Below are positions 1-16,749 of a stretch of DNA of 64,000 bases, in pieces; position 1 is the stretch's first letter, and each line of letters starts with the position of its first letter. The stretch comes from Eledone cirrhosa (Eukaryota): the NCBI GenBank assembly GCA_964016885.1, contig OZ024759.1, positions 2,046,001 to 2,110,000 on the forward strand. Reading direction: 5' to 3'. A program made the translations under genes and the position numbers. The notes under the pieces are model-generated. The model made no database searches, was not told the origin of the DNA, and was given only the letters and a program-made list of their open reading frames with translations.

Positions 1-2129
1 ATTAGTAACATGACACAGTCTATATTAGTAACATGACACAGTCTATATTAGTAACATGAAAAAGTCTATATTAGTAACATGACAAAGTCTATATTAGTAA
101 CATGACAAAGTCTATATTAGTAACATGACAAAGTCTATATTAGTAGCATGACACAGTCTATATTAGCAACATGACAAAGTCTATATTAGTAACATGACAC
201 AGTCTATATTAGTAACATGACACAGTCTATATTAGTAACATGACACAGTCTATATTAGTAACATGACAAAGTCTACATTAGTAACATGACAAAGTCTATA
301 TTAGTAACATGACTAAGTCTATATTAGTAACATGACACAGTCTATATTAGTAACATGACACAGTCTATATTAGTAACATGACAAAGTCTATATTAGTTAC
401 ATGACAAAGTCTATATTAGTAACATGACAAAGTCTATATTAGTAACATGACACAGTCTATATTAGTAACATGACGAAGTCTATATTAGTAACATGACACA
501 GTCTATATTAGTAACATGACACAGTCTATATTAGTAACATGAAAAAGTCTATATTAGTAACATGACAAAGTCTATATTAGTAACATGACAAAGTCTATAT
601 TAGTAACATGACAAAGTCTATATTAGTAGCATGACACAGTCTATATTAGCTTCATGACAAAGTCTATATTAGTAACATGACACAGTCTATATTAGTAACA
701 TGACACAGTCTATATTAGTAACATGACACAGTCTATATTAGTAACATGACAAAGTCTACATTAGTAACATGACAAAGTCTATATTAGTAACATGACAAGG
801 TCTATATTAGTAACATGACACAGTCTATATTAGTAGCATGACACAGTCTATATTAGTAACATGATACAGTCTATATTAGTAACATGACAAAGTCTATATT
901 AGTAACATGACACAGTCTATATTAGTAACATGACAGTCTATATTAGTAACATGACAGTCTACATTAGTAACATGACACAGTCTATATTAGTAACATGACA
1001 AAGTCGATATTAGTAACATGACAATGTCTATATTAGTAACATGACAAAGTCTATATTAGTAACATGACACAGTCTATATTACTAACATGACACAGTCTAT
1101 ATTAGTAACATGACAAAGTCTATATTAGTAACATGACAAAGTCTATATTAGTAACATGACAAAGTCTATATTAGTAACATGACACAATCTATATTAGTAA
1201 CATGACACAGTCTATATTAGTAGCATGACACAGTCTATATTAGTAACATGATACAGTCTATATTAGTAACATGACAAAGTCTATATTAGTAATATGACAA
1301 AGTCTATATTAGTAAAATGACAAAGTCTATATTAGTAGCATGACAAAGTCTTTATTAGTAACATGACACAGTCTATATTAGTAACATGACACAGTCTATA
1401 TTAGTAACATGACAAAGTCTATATTAGTAACATGACAAAGTCTATATTAGTAACATGACACAGTCTATATTAGTAACATGACACAGTCTATATTAGTAAC
1501 ATGACAAAGTCTATATTAGTAACATGACAAAGTCTATATTAGTAACATGACACAGTCTATATTAGTAACATGACACAGTCTATATTAGTAACATGAGACA
1601 GTCTATATTAGTAGCATGACAAAGTCTATATTAGTAACATGACAGAGTCTACATTAGTAACATGACAAAGTCTATATTAGTAACATGACACAGTCTATAT
1701 TAGTAACATGAGACAGTCTATATTAGTAACATGACAAAGTCTATATTAGTAACATGACACAGTCTATATTAGTAACATGACAAAGTCTATATTAGTAACA
1801 TGACAAAGTCTATATTAGTAACATGACAAAGTCTATATTAGTAGCATGACACAGTCTATGTTAGCAACATGACAATGTCTATATTAGTAACATGACACAG
1901 TCTATATTAGTAACATGACACAGTCTATATTAGTAACATGACACAGTCTATATTATTAACATGACAAAGTCTATATTAGTAACATGACACAGTCTATATT
2001 AGTAACATGAGACAGTCTATATTAGTAACATGACACAGTCTATATTAGTAACATGACACAGTCTATATTAGTAACATGACAAAGTCTATATTAGTTACAT
2101 GACAAAGTCTATATTAGTAAAATGACAAA

Positions 2130-5100
2130 GTCTATATTAGTAACATGACACAGTCTATATTAGTAACATGACGAAGTCTATATTAGTAACATGACACAGT
2201 CTATATTAGTAACATGACACAGTCTATATTAGTAACATGAAAAAGTCTATATTAGTAACATGACAAAGTATATATTAGTAACATGACAAAGTCTATATTA
2301 GTAACATGACAAAGTCTATATTAGTAGCATGACACAGTCTATATTAGCAACATGACAAAGTCTATATTAGTAACATGACACAGTCTATATTAGTAACATG
2401 ACACAGTCTATATTAGTAACATGACACAGTCTATATTAGTAACATGACAAAGTCTACATTAGTAACATGACAAAGTCTATATTAGTAACATGACAAGGTC
2501 TATATTAGTAACATGACACAGGCTATATTAGTAGCATGACACAGTCTATATTAGTAACATGATACAGTCTATATTAGTAACATGACAAAGTCTATATTAG
2601 TAACATGACAAAGTCTATATTAGTAAAATGACAAAGTCTATATTAGTAACATGACAAAGTCTTTATTAGTAACATGACACAGTCTATATTAGTAACATGA
2701 CACAGTCTATATTAGTAACATGACAAAGTCTATATTAGTAGCATGACAAAGTCTATATTAGTAACATGACAAAGTCTATATTAGTAACATGACACAGTCT
2801 ATATTAGTAACATGACAAAGTCTATATTAGTTACATGACAAGGTCGATATTAGTAACATGACACAGTCTATATTAGTAACATGACGAAGTCTATATTAGT
2901 AACATGACACAGTCTATATTAGTAACATGACACAGTCTATATTAGTAACATGAAAAAGTCTATATTAGTAACATGACAAAGTCTATATTAGTAACATGAC
3001 AAAGTCTATATTAGTAACATGACAAAGTCTATATTAGTAGCATGACACAGTCTATATTAGCAACATGACAAAGTCTATATTAGTAACATGACACAGTCTA
3101 TATTAGTAACATGACACAGTCTATATTAGTAACATGACACAGTCTATATTAGTAACATGACAAAGTCTACATTAGTAACATGACAAAGTCTATATTAGTA
3201 ACATGACAAGGTCTGTATTAGTAACATGACACAGTCTATATTAGTAGCATGACACAGTCTATATTAGTAACATGATACAGTCTATATTAGTAACATGACA
3301 AAGTCTATATTAGTAACATGACAAAGTCTATATTAGTAAAATGACAAAGTCTATATTAGTAACATGACAAAGTCTTTATTAGTAACATGACAAAGTCTAT
3401 ATTAGTAAAATGACAAAGTCTATATTAGTAACATGACAAAGTCTTTATTAGTAACATGACACAGTCTATATTAGTAACATGACACAGTCTATATTAGTAA
3501 CATGACAAAGTCTATATTAGTAACATGACACAGTCTATATTAATAACATGACACAGTCTATATTAGTAACATGACACAGTCTATATTATTAACATGACAA
3601 AGTCTATATTAGTAACATGACACAGTCTATATTAGTAACATGAGACAGTCTATATTAGTAACATGACTAAGTCTATATTAGTAACATGACACAGTCTATA
3701 TTAGTAACATGACACAGTCTATATTAGTAACATGACAAAGTCTATATTAGTTACATGACAAAGTCTATATTAGTAACATGACAAAGTCTATATTAGTAAC
3801 ATGACACAGTCTATATTAGTAACATGACGAAGTCTATATTAGTAACATGACACAGTCTATATTAGTAACATGACACAGTCTATATTAGTAACATGAAAAA
3901 GTCTATATTAGTAACATGACAAAGTCTATATTAGTAACATGACAAAGTCTATATTAGTAACATGACAAAGTCTATATTAGTAGCATGACACAGTCTATAT
4001 TAGCAACATGACAAAGTCTATATTAGTAACATGACACAGTCTATATTAGTAACATGACACAGTCTATATTAGTAACATGACACAGTCTATATTAGTAACA
4101 TGACAAAGTCTACATTAGTAACATGACAAAGTCTATATTAGTAACATGACAAGGTCTATATTAGTAACATGACACAGTCTATATTAGTAGCATGACACAG
4201 TCTATATTAGTAACATGATACAGTCTATATTAGTAACATGACAAAGTCTATATTAGTAACATGACACAGTCTATATTAGTAACATGACAGTCTATATTAG
4301 TAACATGACAAAGTCTATATTAGTAACATGACACAGTCTATATTAGTAACATGACACAGTCTATATTAGTAACATGACAAAGTCTATATTAGTAACATGA
4401 CAAAGTCTATATTAGTAACATGACACAGTCTATATTAGTAACATGACGAAGTCTATATTAGTAACATGACACAGTCTATATTAGTAACATGACACAGTCT
4501 ATATTAGTAACATGAAAAAGTCTATATTAGTAACATGACAAAGTATATATTAGTAACATGACAAAGTCTATATTAGTAACATGACAAAGTCTATATTAGT
4601 AGCATGACACAGTCTATATTAGCAACATGACAAAGTCTATATTAGTAACATGACACAGTCTATATTAGTAACATGACACAGTCTATATTAGTAACATGAC
4701 ACAGTCTATATTAGTAACATGACAAAGTCTACATTAGTAACATGACAAAGTCTATATTAGTAACATGACAAGGTCTATATTAGTAACATGACACAGGCTA
4801 TATTAGTAGCATGACACAGTCTATATTAGTAACATGATACAGTCTATATTAGTAACATGACAAAGTCTATATTAGTAACATGACAAAGTCTATATTAGTA
4901 AAATGACAAAGTCTATATTAGTAACATGACAAAGTCTTTATTAGTAACATGACACAGTCTATATTAGTAACATGACACAGTCTATATTAGTAACATGACA
5001 AAGTCTATATTAGTAGCATGACAAAGTCTATATTAGTAACATGACAAAGTCTATATTAGTAACATGACACAGTCTATATTAGTAACATGACAAAGTCTAT

Positions 5101-6715
5101 ATTAGTTACATGACAAGGTCGATATTAGTAACATGACACAGTCTATATTAGTAACATGACGAAGTCTATATTAGTAACATGACACAGTCTATATTAGTAA
5201 CATGACACAGTCTATATTAGTAACATGAAAAAGTCTATATTAGTAACATGACAAAGTCTATATTAGTAACATGACAAAGTCTATATTAGTAACATGACAA
5301 AGTCTATATTAGTAGCATGACACAGTCTATATTAGCAACATGACAAAGTCTATATTAGTAACATGACACAGTCTATATTAGTAACATGACACAGTCTATA
5401 TTAGTAACATGACACAGTCTATATTAGTAACATGACAAAGTCTACATTAGTAACATGACAAAGTCTATATTAGTAACATGACAAGGTCTGTATTAGTAAC
5501 ATGACACAGTCTATATTAGTAGCATGACACAGTCTATATTAGTAACATGATACAGTCTATATTAGTAACATGACAAAGTCTATATTAGTAACATGACAAA
5601 GTCTATATTAGTAAAATGACAAAGTCTATATTAGTAACATGACAAAGTCTTTATTAGTAACATGACAAAGTCTATATTAGTAAAATGACAAAGTCTATAT
5701 TAGTAACATGACAAAGTCTTTATTAGTAACATGACACAGTCTATATTAGTAACATGACACAGTCTATATTAGTAACATGACAAAGTCTATATTAGTAACA
5801 TGACACAGTCTATATTAATAACATGACACAGTCTATATTAGTAACATGACACAGTCTATATTATTAACATGACAAAGTCTATATTAGTAACATGACACAG
5901 TCTATATTAGTAACATGAGACAGTCTATATTAGTAACATGACTAAGTCTATATTAGTAACATGACACAGTCTATATTAGTAACATGACACAGTCTATATT
6001 AGTAACATGACAAAGTCTATATTAGTTACATGACAAAGTCTATATTAGTAACATGACAAAGTCTATATTAGTAACATGACACAGTCTATATTAGTAACAT
6101 GACGAAGTCTATATTAGTAACATGACACAGTCTATATTAGTAACATGACACAGTCTATATTAGTAACATGAAAAAGTCTATATTAGTAACATGACAAAGT
6201 CTATATTAGTAACATGACAAAGTCTATATTAGTAACATGACAAAGTCTATATTAGTAGCATGACACAGTCTATATTAGCAACATGACAAAGTCTATATTA
6301 GTAACATGACACAGTCTATATTAGTAACATGACACAGTCTATATTAGTAACATGACACAGTCTATATTAGTAACATGACAAAGTCTACATTAGTAACATG
6401 ACAAAGTCTATATTAGTAACATGACAAGGTCTATATTAGTAACATGACACAGTCTATATTAGTAGCATGACACATTCTATATTAGTAACATGATACAGTC
6501 TATATTAGTAACATGACAAAGTCTATATTAGTAACATGACACAGTCTATATTAGTAACATGACAGTCTATATTAGTAACATGACAAAGTCTATATTAGTA
6601 ACATGACACAGTCTATATTAGTAACATGACACAGTCTATATTAGTAACATGACAAAGTCTATATTAGTAACATGACAAAGTCTATATTAGTAACATGACA
6701 CAGTCTATATTAGTA
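2130..6715. repeat. Tandem duplication within the array, period 2275 bp (99 units, one of them 21 bp)
   Basis: Rare markers recur at exactly +2275: acaGGct 2521/4796, aaggtcgat 2842/5117, ttAataac 3541/5816, gacgaag 2170/4445, 2883/5158 and 3826/6101. 99x23-2=2275. Confidence 0.92.
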
Positions 6716-9700
6716 ACATGACACAGTCTATATTAGTAACATGAGACAGTCTATATTAGTAGCATGACAAAGTCTATATTAGTAACATGACAGAGTCTAC
6801 ATTAGTAACATGACAAAGTCTATATTAGTAACATGACACAGTCTATATTAGTAACATGAGACAGTCTATATTAGTAACATGACAAAGTCTATATTAGTAA
6901 CATGACACAGTCTATATTAGTAACATGACACAGTCTATATTAGTAACATGACAAAGTCTATATTAGTAACATGACAAAGTCTATATTAGTAACATGACAA
7001 AGTCTATATTAGTAGCATGACACAGTCTATGTTAGCAACATGACAAAGTCTATATTAGTAACATGACACAGTCTATATTAGTAACATGACACAGTCTATA
7101 TTAGTAACATGACACAGTCTATATTAGTAACATGACACTGTCTATATTAGTAACATGACACAGTCTATATTAGTAACATGACAAAGTCTATATTAGTAAC
7201 ATGACACAGTCTATATTAGTAACATGAGACAGTCTATATTAGTAACATGACACAGTCTATATTAGTAACATGACACAGTCTATATTAGTAACATGACAAA
7301 GTCTATATTAGTTACATGACAAAGTCTATATTAGTAACATGACAAAGTCTATATTAGTAACATGACACAGTCTATATTAGTAACATGACGAAGTCTATAT
7401 TAGTAACATGACACAGTCTATATTAGTAACATGACACAGTCTATATTAGTAACATGAAAAAGTCTATATTAGTAACATGACAAAGTATATATTAGTAACA
7501 TGACAAAGTCTATATTAGTTTACATGACAAAGTCTATATTAGTAGCATGACACAGTCTATATTAGCAACATGACAAAGTCTATATTAGTAACATGACACA
7601 GTCTATATTAGTAACATGACACAGTCTATATTAGTAACATGACACAGTCTATATTAGTAACATGACAAAGTCTACATTAGTAACATGACAAAGTCTATAT
7701 TAGTAACATGACAAGGTCTATATTAGTAACATGACACAGTCTATATTAGTAGCATGACACAGTCTATATTAGTAACATGATACAGTCTATATTAGTAACA
7801 TGACAAAGTCTATATTAGTAACATGACAAAGTCTATATTAGTAAAATGACAAAGTCTATATTAGTAACATGACAAAGTCTTTATTAGTAACATGACACAG
7901 TCTATATTAGTAACATGACACAGTCTATATTAGTAACATGACAAAGTCTATATTAGTAGCATGACAAAGTCTATATTAGTAACATGACAAAGTCTATATT
8001 AGTAACATGACACAGTCTATATTAGTAACATGACAAAGTCTATATTAGTTACATGACAAAGTCTATATTAGTAACATGACACAGTCTATATTAGTAACAT
8101 GACGAAGTCTATATTAGTAACATGACACAGTCTATATTAGTAACATGACACAGTCTATATTAGTAACATGAAAAAGTCTATATTAGTAACATGACAAAGT
8201 CTATATTAGTAACATGACAAAGTCTATATTAGTAACATGACAAAGTCTATATTAGTAGCATGACACAGTCTATATTAGCAACATGACAAAGTCTATATTA
8301 GTAACATGACACAGTCTATATTAGTAACATGACACAGTCTATATTAGTAACATGACACAGTCTATATTAGTAACATGACAAAGTCTACATTAGTAACATG
8401 ACAAAGTCTATATTAGTAACATGACAAGGTCTGTATTAGTAACATGACACAGTCTATATTAGTAGCATGACACAGTCTATATTAGTAACATGATACAGTC
8501 TATATTAGTAACATGACAAAGCCTATATTAGTAACATGACAAAGTCTATATTAGTAAAATGACAAAGTCTATATTAGTAACATGACAAAGTCTTTATTAG
8601 TAACATGACAAAGTCTATATTAGTAAAATGACAAAGTCTATATTAGTAACATGACAAAGTCTTTATTAGTAACATGACACAGTCTATATTAGTAACATGA
8701 CACAGTCTATATTAGTAACATGACAAAGTCTATATTAGTAACATGACAAAGTCTATATTAGTAACATGACAAAGTCTATATTAGTAACATGACACAGTCT
8801 ATATTAGTAACATGACACAGTCTATATTAGTAGCATGACACAGTCTATATTAGTAACATGATACAGTCTATATTAGTAACATGACAAAGTCTATATTAGT
8901 AATATGACAAAGTCTATATTAGTAAAATGACAAAGTCTATATTAGTAGCATGACAAAGTCTTTATTAGTAACATGACACAGTCTATATTAGTAACATGAC
9001 ACAGTCTATATTAGTAACATGACAAAGTCTATATTAGTAACATGACAAAGTCTATATTAGTAACATGACACAGTCTATATTAGTAACATGACACAGTCTA
9101 TATTAGTAACATGACAAAGTCTATATTAGTAACATGACAAAGTCTTTATTAGTAACATGACACAGTCTATATTAGTAACATGACACAGTCTATATTAGTA
9201 ACATGACAAAGTCTATATTAGTAACATGACAAAGTCTATATTAGTAACATGACAAAGTCTATATTAGTAACATGACACAGTCTATATTAGTAACATGACA
9301 CAGTCTATATTAGTAGCATGACACAGTCTATATTAGTAACATGATACAGTCTATATTAGTAACATGACAAAGTCTATATTAGTAATATGACAAAGTCTAT
9401 ATTAGTAAAATGACAAAGTCTATATTAGTAGCATGACAAAGTCTTTATTAGTAACATGACACAGTCTATATTAGTAACATGACACAGTCTATATTAGTAA
9501 CATGACAAAGTCTATATTAGTAACATGACAAAGTCTATATTAGTAACATGACACAGTCTATATTAGTAACATGACACAGTCTATATTAGTAACATGACAA
9601 AGTCTATATTAATAACATGACAAAGTCTATATTAGTAACATGACACAGTCTATATTAGTAACATGACACAGTCTATATTAGTAACATGAGACAGTCTATA

Positions 9701-12700
9701 TTAGTAGCATGACAAAGTCTATATTAGTAACATGACACAGTCTACATTAGTAACATGACAAAGTCTATATTAGTAACATGACACAGTCTATATTAGTAAC
9801 ATGAGACAGTCTATATTAGTAACATGACAAAATCTATATTAGTAACATGACACAGTCTATATTAGTAACATGACACAGTCTATATTAGTAACATGACAAA
9901 GTCTATATTAGTAACATGACAAAGTCTATATTAGTAACATGACAAAGTCTATATTAGTAACATGACACAGTCTATACTAGTAACATGACACAGTCTATAT
10001 TAGTAACATGACAAAGTCTATATTAGTAACATGACAAAGTCTATATTAGTAACATGACAAAGTCTATATTAGTAACATGACAAAGTCTATATTAGTAGCA
10101 TGACACAGTCTATATTAGCAACATGACAAAGTCTATATTAGTAACATGACACAGTCTATATTAGTAGCATGACAATGTCTGTATTAGTAACATGACAAAG
10201 TCTATATTAGTAACATGACAAAGTCTACATTAGTAACATGACAAAGTCTATATTAGTAACATGACACAGTCTATATTAGTAACATGACAAAGTCTATATT
10301 AGTAGCATGACAAAGTCTATATTAGTAACATGACAAAGTCTATATTAGTAACATGACAAAGTCTATATTAGTAACATGACAAAGTCTATATTAGTAACAT
10401 GACAAAGTCGATATTAGTAACATGACAAAGTCTATATTAGTAACATGACACAGTATATATTAGTAACATGACAGTCTATATTAGTAACATGACAGTCTAC
10501 ATTAGTAACATGACACAGTCTATATTAGTAACATGACAAAGTCGATATTAGTAACATAACAATGTCTATATTAGTAACATGACAAAGTCTATATTAGTAA
10601 CATGACACAGTCTATATTACTAACATGACACAGTCTATATTAGTAACATGACACAGTCTATATTAGTAACATGACAAAGTCTATATTAGTAACATGACAA
10701 AGTCTATATTAGTAACATGACAAAGTCTATATTAGTAACATGACAAAGTCTACATTAGTAACATGACAAAGTCTATATTAGTAACATGACAAGGTCTATA
10801 TTAGTAACATGACACAGTCTATATTAGTAGCATGACACAGTCTATATTAGTAACATGATACAGTCTATATTAGTAACATGACAAAGTCTATATTAGTAAC
10901 ATGACAAAGTCTATATTAGTAAAATGACAAAGTCTATATTAGTAACATGACAAAGTCTTTATTAGTAACATGACACAGTCTATATTAGTAACATGACACA
11001 GTCTATATTAGTAACATGACAAAGTCTATATTAGTAGCATGACAAAGTCTATATTAGTAACATGACAAAGTCTATATTAGTAACATGACACAGTCTATAT
11101 TAGTAACATGACAAAGTCTATATTAGTTACATGACAAAGTCTATATTAGTAACATGACACAGTCTATATTAGTAACATGACGAAGTCTATATTAGTAACA
11201 TGACACAGTCTATATTAGTAACATGACACAGTCTATATTAGTAACATGAAAAAGTCTATATTAGTAAAATGACAAAGTCTATATTAGTAACATGACAAAG
11301 TCTATATTAGTAACATGACAAAGTCTATATTAGTAGCATGACACAGTCTATATTAGCAACATGACAAAGTCTATATTAGTAACATGACACAGTCTATATT
11401 AGTAACATGACACAGTCTATATTAGTAACATGACACAGTCTATATTAGTAACATGACAAAGTCTACATTAGTAACATGACAAAGTCTATATTAGTAACAT
11501 GACAAGGTCTGTATTAGTAACATGACACAGTCTATATTAGTAGCATGACACAGTCTATATTAGTAACATGATACAGTCTATATTAGTAACATGACAAAGT
11601 CTATATTAGTAACATGACAAAGTCTATATTAGTAAAATGACAAAGTCTATATTAGTAACATGACAAAGTCTTTATTAGTAACATGACAAAGTCTATATTA
11701 GTAAAATGACAAAGTCTATATTAGTAACATGACAAAGTCTTTATTAGTAACATGACACAGTCTATATTAGTAACATGACACAGTCTATATTAGTAACATG
11801 ACAAAGTCTATATTAGTAACATGACAAAGTCTATATTAGTAACATGACAAAGTCTATATTAGTAACATGACACAGTCTATATTAGTAACATGACACAGTC
11901 TATATTAGTAGCATGACACAGTCTATATTAGTAACATGATACAGTCTATATTAGTAACATGACAAAGTCTATATTAGTAATATGACAAAGTCTATATTAG
12001 TAAAATGACAAAGTCTATATTAGTAGCATGACAAAGTCTTTATTAGTAACATGACACAGTCTATATTAGTAACATGACACAGTCTATATTAGTAACATGA
12101 CAAAGTCTATATTAGTAACATGACAAAGTCTATATTAGTAACATGACACAGTCTATATTAGTAACATGACACAGTCTATATTAGTAACATGACAAAGTCT
12201 ATATTAGTAACATGACAAAGTCTTTATTAGTAACATGACACAGTCTATATTAGTAACATGACACAGTCTATATTAGTAACATGACAAAGTCTATATTAGT
12301 AACATGACAAAGTCTATATTAGTAACATGACAAAGTCTATATTAGTAACATGACACAGTCTATATTAGTAACATGACACAGTCTATATTAGTAGCATGAC
12401 ACAGTCTATATTAGTAACATGATACAGTCTATATTAGTAACATGACAAAGTCTATATTAGTAATATGACAAAGTCTATATTAGTAAAATGACAAAGTCTA
12501 TATTAGTAGCATGACAAAGTCTTTATTAGTAACATGACACAGTCTATATTAGTAACATGACACAGTCTATATTAGTAACATGACAAAGTCTATATTAGTA
12601 ACATGACAAAGTCTATATTAGTAACATGACACAGTCTATATTAGTAACATGACACAGTCTATATTAGTAACATGACAAAGTCTATATTAGTAACATGACA

Positions 12701-15700
12701 AAGTCTATATTAGTAACATGACACAGTCTATATTAGTAACATGACACAGTCTATATTAGTAACATGAGACAGTCTATATTAGTAGCATGACAAAGTCTAT
12801 ATTAGTAACATGACAGAGTCTACATTAGTAACATGACAAAGTCTATATTAGTAACATGACACAGTCTATATTAGTAACATGAGACAGTCTATATTAGTAA
12901 CATGACAAAGTCTATATTAGTAACATGACACAGTCTATATTAGTAACATGACACAGTCTATATTAGTAACATGACAAAGTCTATATTAGTAACATGACAA
13001 AGTCTATATTAGTAACATGACAAAGTCTATATTAGTAGCATGACACAGTCTATGTTAGCAACATGACAAAGTCTATATTAGTAACATGACACAGTCTATA
13101 TTAGTAACATGACACAGTCTATATTAGTAACATGACACAGTCTATATTATTAACATGACAAAGTCTATATTAGTAACATGACACAGTCTATATTAGTAAC
13201 ATGAGACAGTCTATATTAGTAACATGACACAGTCTATATTAGTAACATGACACAGTCTATATTAGTAACATGACAAAGTCTATATTAGTTACATGACAAA
13301 GTCTATATTAGTAACATGACAAAGTCTATATTAGTAACATGACACAGTCTATATTAGTAACATGACGAAGTCTATATTAGTAACATGACACAGTCTATAT
13401 TAGTAACATGACACAGTCTATATTAGTAACATGAAAAAGTCTATATTAGTAACATGACAAAGTATATATTAGTAACATGACAAAGTCTATATTAGTAACA
13501 TGACAAAGTCTATATTAGTAGCATGACACAGTCTATATTAGCAACATGACAAAGTCTATATTAGTAACATGACACAGTCTATATTAGTAACATGACACAG
13601 TCTATATTAGTAACATGACACAGTCTATATTAGTAACATGACAAAGTCTACATTAGTAACATGACAAAGTCTATATTAGTAACATGACAAGGTCTATATT
13701 AGTAACATGACACAGTCTATATTAGTAGCATGACACAGTCTATATTAGTAACATGATACAGTCTATATTAGTAACATGACAAAGTCTATATTAGTAACAT
13801 GACAAAGTCTATATTAGTAAAATGACAAAGTCTATATTAGTAACATGACAAAGTCTTTATTAGTAACATGACACAGTCTATATTAGTAACATGACACAGT
13901 CTATATTAGTAACATGACAAAGTCTATATTAGTAGCATGACAAAGTCTATATTAGTAACATGACAAAGTCTATATTAGTAACATGACACAGTCTATATTA
14001 GTAACATGACAAAGTCTATATTAGTTACATGACAAAGTCTATATTAGTAACATGACACAGTCTATATTAGTAACATGACGAAGTCTATATTAGTAACATG
14101 ACACAGTCTATATTAGTAACATGACACAGTCTATATTAGTAACATGAAAAAGTCTATATTAGTAACATGACAAAGTCTATATTAGTAACATGACAAAGTC
14201 TATATTAGTAACATGACAAAGTCTATATTAGTAGCATGACACAGTCTATATTAGCAACATGACAAAGTCTATATTAGTAACATGACACAGTCTATATTAG
14301 TAACATGACACAGTCTATATTAGTAACATGACACAGTCTATATTAGTAACATGACAAAGTCTACATTAGTAACATGACAAAGTCTATATTAGTAACATGA
14401 CAAGGTCTGTATTAGTAACATGACACAGTCTATATTAGTAGCATGACACAGTCTATATTAGTAACATGATACAGTCTATATTAGTAACATGACAAAGTCT
14501 ATATTAGTAACATGACAAAGTCTATATTAGTAAAATGACAAAGTCTATATTAGTAACATGACAAAGTCTTTATTAGTAACATGACAAAGTCTATATTAGT
14601 AAAATGACAAAGTCTATATTAGTAACATGACAAAGTCTTTATTAGTAACATGACACAGTCTATATTAGTAACATGACACAGTCTATATTAGTAACATGAC
14701 AAAGTCTATATTAGTAACATGACAAAGTCTATATTAGTAACATGACAAAGTCTATATTAGTAACATGACACAGTCTATATTAGTAACATGACACAGTCTA
14801 TATTAGTAGCATGACACAGTCTATATTAGTAACATGATACAGTCTATATTAGTAACATGACAAAGTCTATATTAGTAATATGACAAAGTCTATATTAGTA
14901 AAATGACAAAGTCTATATTAGTAGCATGACAAAGTCTTTATTAGTAACATGACACAGTCTATATTAGTAACATGACACAGTCTATATTAGTAACATGACA
15001 AAGTCTATATTAGTAACATGACAAAGTCTATATTAGTAACATGACACAGTCTATATTAGTAACATGACACAGTCTATATTAGTAACATGACAAAGTCTAT
15101 ATTAGTAACATGACAAAGTCTTTATTAGTAACATGACACAGTCTATATTAGTAACATGACACAGTCTATATTAGTAACATGACAAAGTCTATATTAGTAA
15201 CATGACAAAGTCTATATTAGTAACATGACAAAGTCTATATTAGTAACATGACACAGTCTATATTAGTAACATGACACAGTCTATATTAGTAGCATGACAC
15301 AGTCTATATTAGTAACATGATACAGTCTATATTAGTAACATGACAAAGTCTATATTAGTAATATGACAAAGTCTATATTAGTAAAATGACAAAGTCTATA
15401 TTAGTAGCATGACAAAGTCTTTATTAGTAACATGACACAGTCTATATTAGTAACATGACACAGTCTATATTAGTAACATGACAAAGTCTATATTAGTAAC
15501 ATGACAAAGTCTATATTAGTAACATGACACAGTCTATATTAGTAACATGACACAGTCTATATTAGTAACATGACAAAGTCTATATTAGTAACATGACAAA
15601 GTCTATATTAGTAACATGACACAGTCTATATTAGTAACATGACACAGTCTATATTAGTAACATGAGACAGTCTATATTAGTAGCATGACAAAGTCTATAT

Positions 15701-16720
15701 TAGTAACATGACACAGTCTACATTAGTAACATGACAAAGTCTATATTAGTAACATGACACAGTCTATATTAGTAACATGAGACAGTCTATATTAGTAACA
15801 TGACAAAGTCTATATTAGTAACATGACACAGTCTATATTAGTAACATGACACAGTCTATATTAGTAACATGACAAAGTCTATATTAGTAACATGACAAAG
15901 TCTATATTAGTAACATGACAAAGTCTATATTAGTAACATGACACAGTCTATACTAGTAACATGACACAGTCTATATTAGTAACATGACAAAGTCTATATT
16001 AGTAACATGACAAAGTCTATATTAGTAACATGACAAAGTCTATATTAGTAACATGACAAAGTCTATATTAGTAGCATGACACAGTCTATATTAGCAACAT
16101 GACAAAGTCTATATTAGTAACATGACACAGTCTATATTAGTAGCATGACAATGTCTGTATTAGTAACATGACAAAGTCTATATTAGTAACATGACAAAGT
16201 CTACATTAGTAACATGACAAAGTCTATATTAGTAACATGACACAGTCTATATTAGTAACATGACAAAGTCTATATTAGTAGCATGACAAAGTCTATATTA
16301 GTAACATGACAAAGTCTATATTAGTAACATGACAAAGTCTATATTAGTAACATGACAAAGTCTATATTAGTAACATGACAAAGTCGATATTAGTAACATG
16401 ACAAAGTCTATATTAGTAACATGACACAGTATATATTAGTAACATGACAGTCTATATTAGTAACATGACAGTCTACATTAGTAACATGACACAGTCTATA
16501 TTAGTAACATGACAAAGTCGATATTAGTAACATAACAATGTCTATATTAGTAACATGACAAAGTCTATATTAGTAACATGACACAGTCTATATTACTAAC
16601 ATGACACAGTCTATATTAGTAACATGACACAGTCTATATTAGTAACATGACAAAGTCTATATTAGTAACATGACAAAGTCTATATTAGTAACATGACAAA
16701 GTCTATATTAGTAACATGAC
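6600..16720. repeat. Complex duplication: a ~4-kb block repeated at +5976 bp with a third, partial ~2-kb copy between (+3078, then +2898)
   Basis: catAacaatg 10555/16531 and tataCtag 9977/15953 (both +5976 = 260x23-4). gacgaag 8101/11179/14077. aaTatg 8901/11979/14877. Confidence 0.88.
8670..9620. repeat. Internal 483-bp (21-unit) doublet, also present at ~11750-12700 and ~14650-15600
   Basis: The aaTatg-aaAatg-gtaGc/ctTtat cassette occurs in pairs 483 bp apart: 8901/9384, 11979/12462, 14877/15360. Confidence 0.88.
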
Positions 16721-16749
16721 ACAGTCTATATTAGTAACATGACACAGTC

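Noticed and set aside
6-23. Transcription-factor motifs in the unit (p53-like AACATG, TALE-homeodomain TGACA, SMAD GTCT, ATTA, TATA-like TATATTA)
   Set aside because: These 4-6 bp matches are expected by chance. The p53 half-site has three mismatches to RRRCWWGYYY, and there is no promoter or gene context.
7510-7535. Odd-length single units (24 bp attagtttacatg at ~7520; 22 bp at ~39257 and ~62891)
   Set aside because: Each is a singleton absent from the paralogous copies, so it is either a very recent indel or a consensus error. No further signal.
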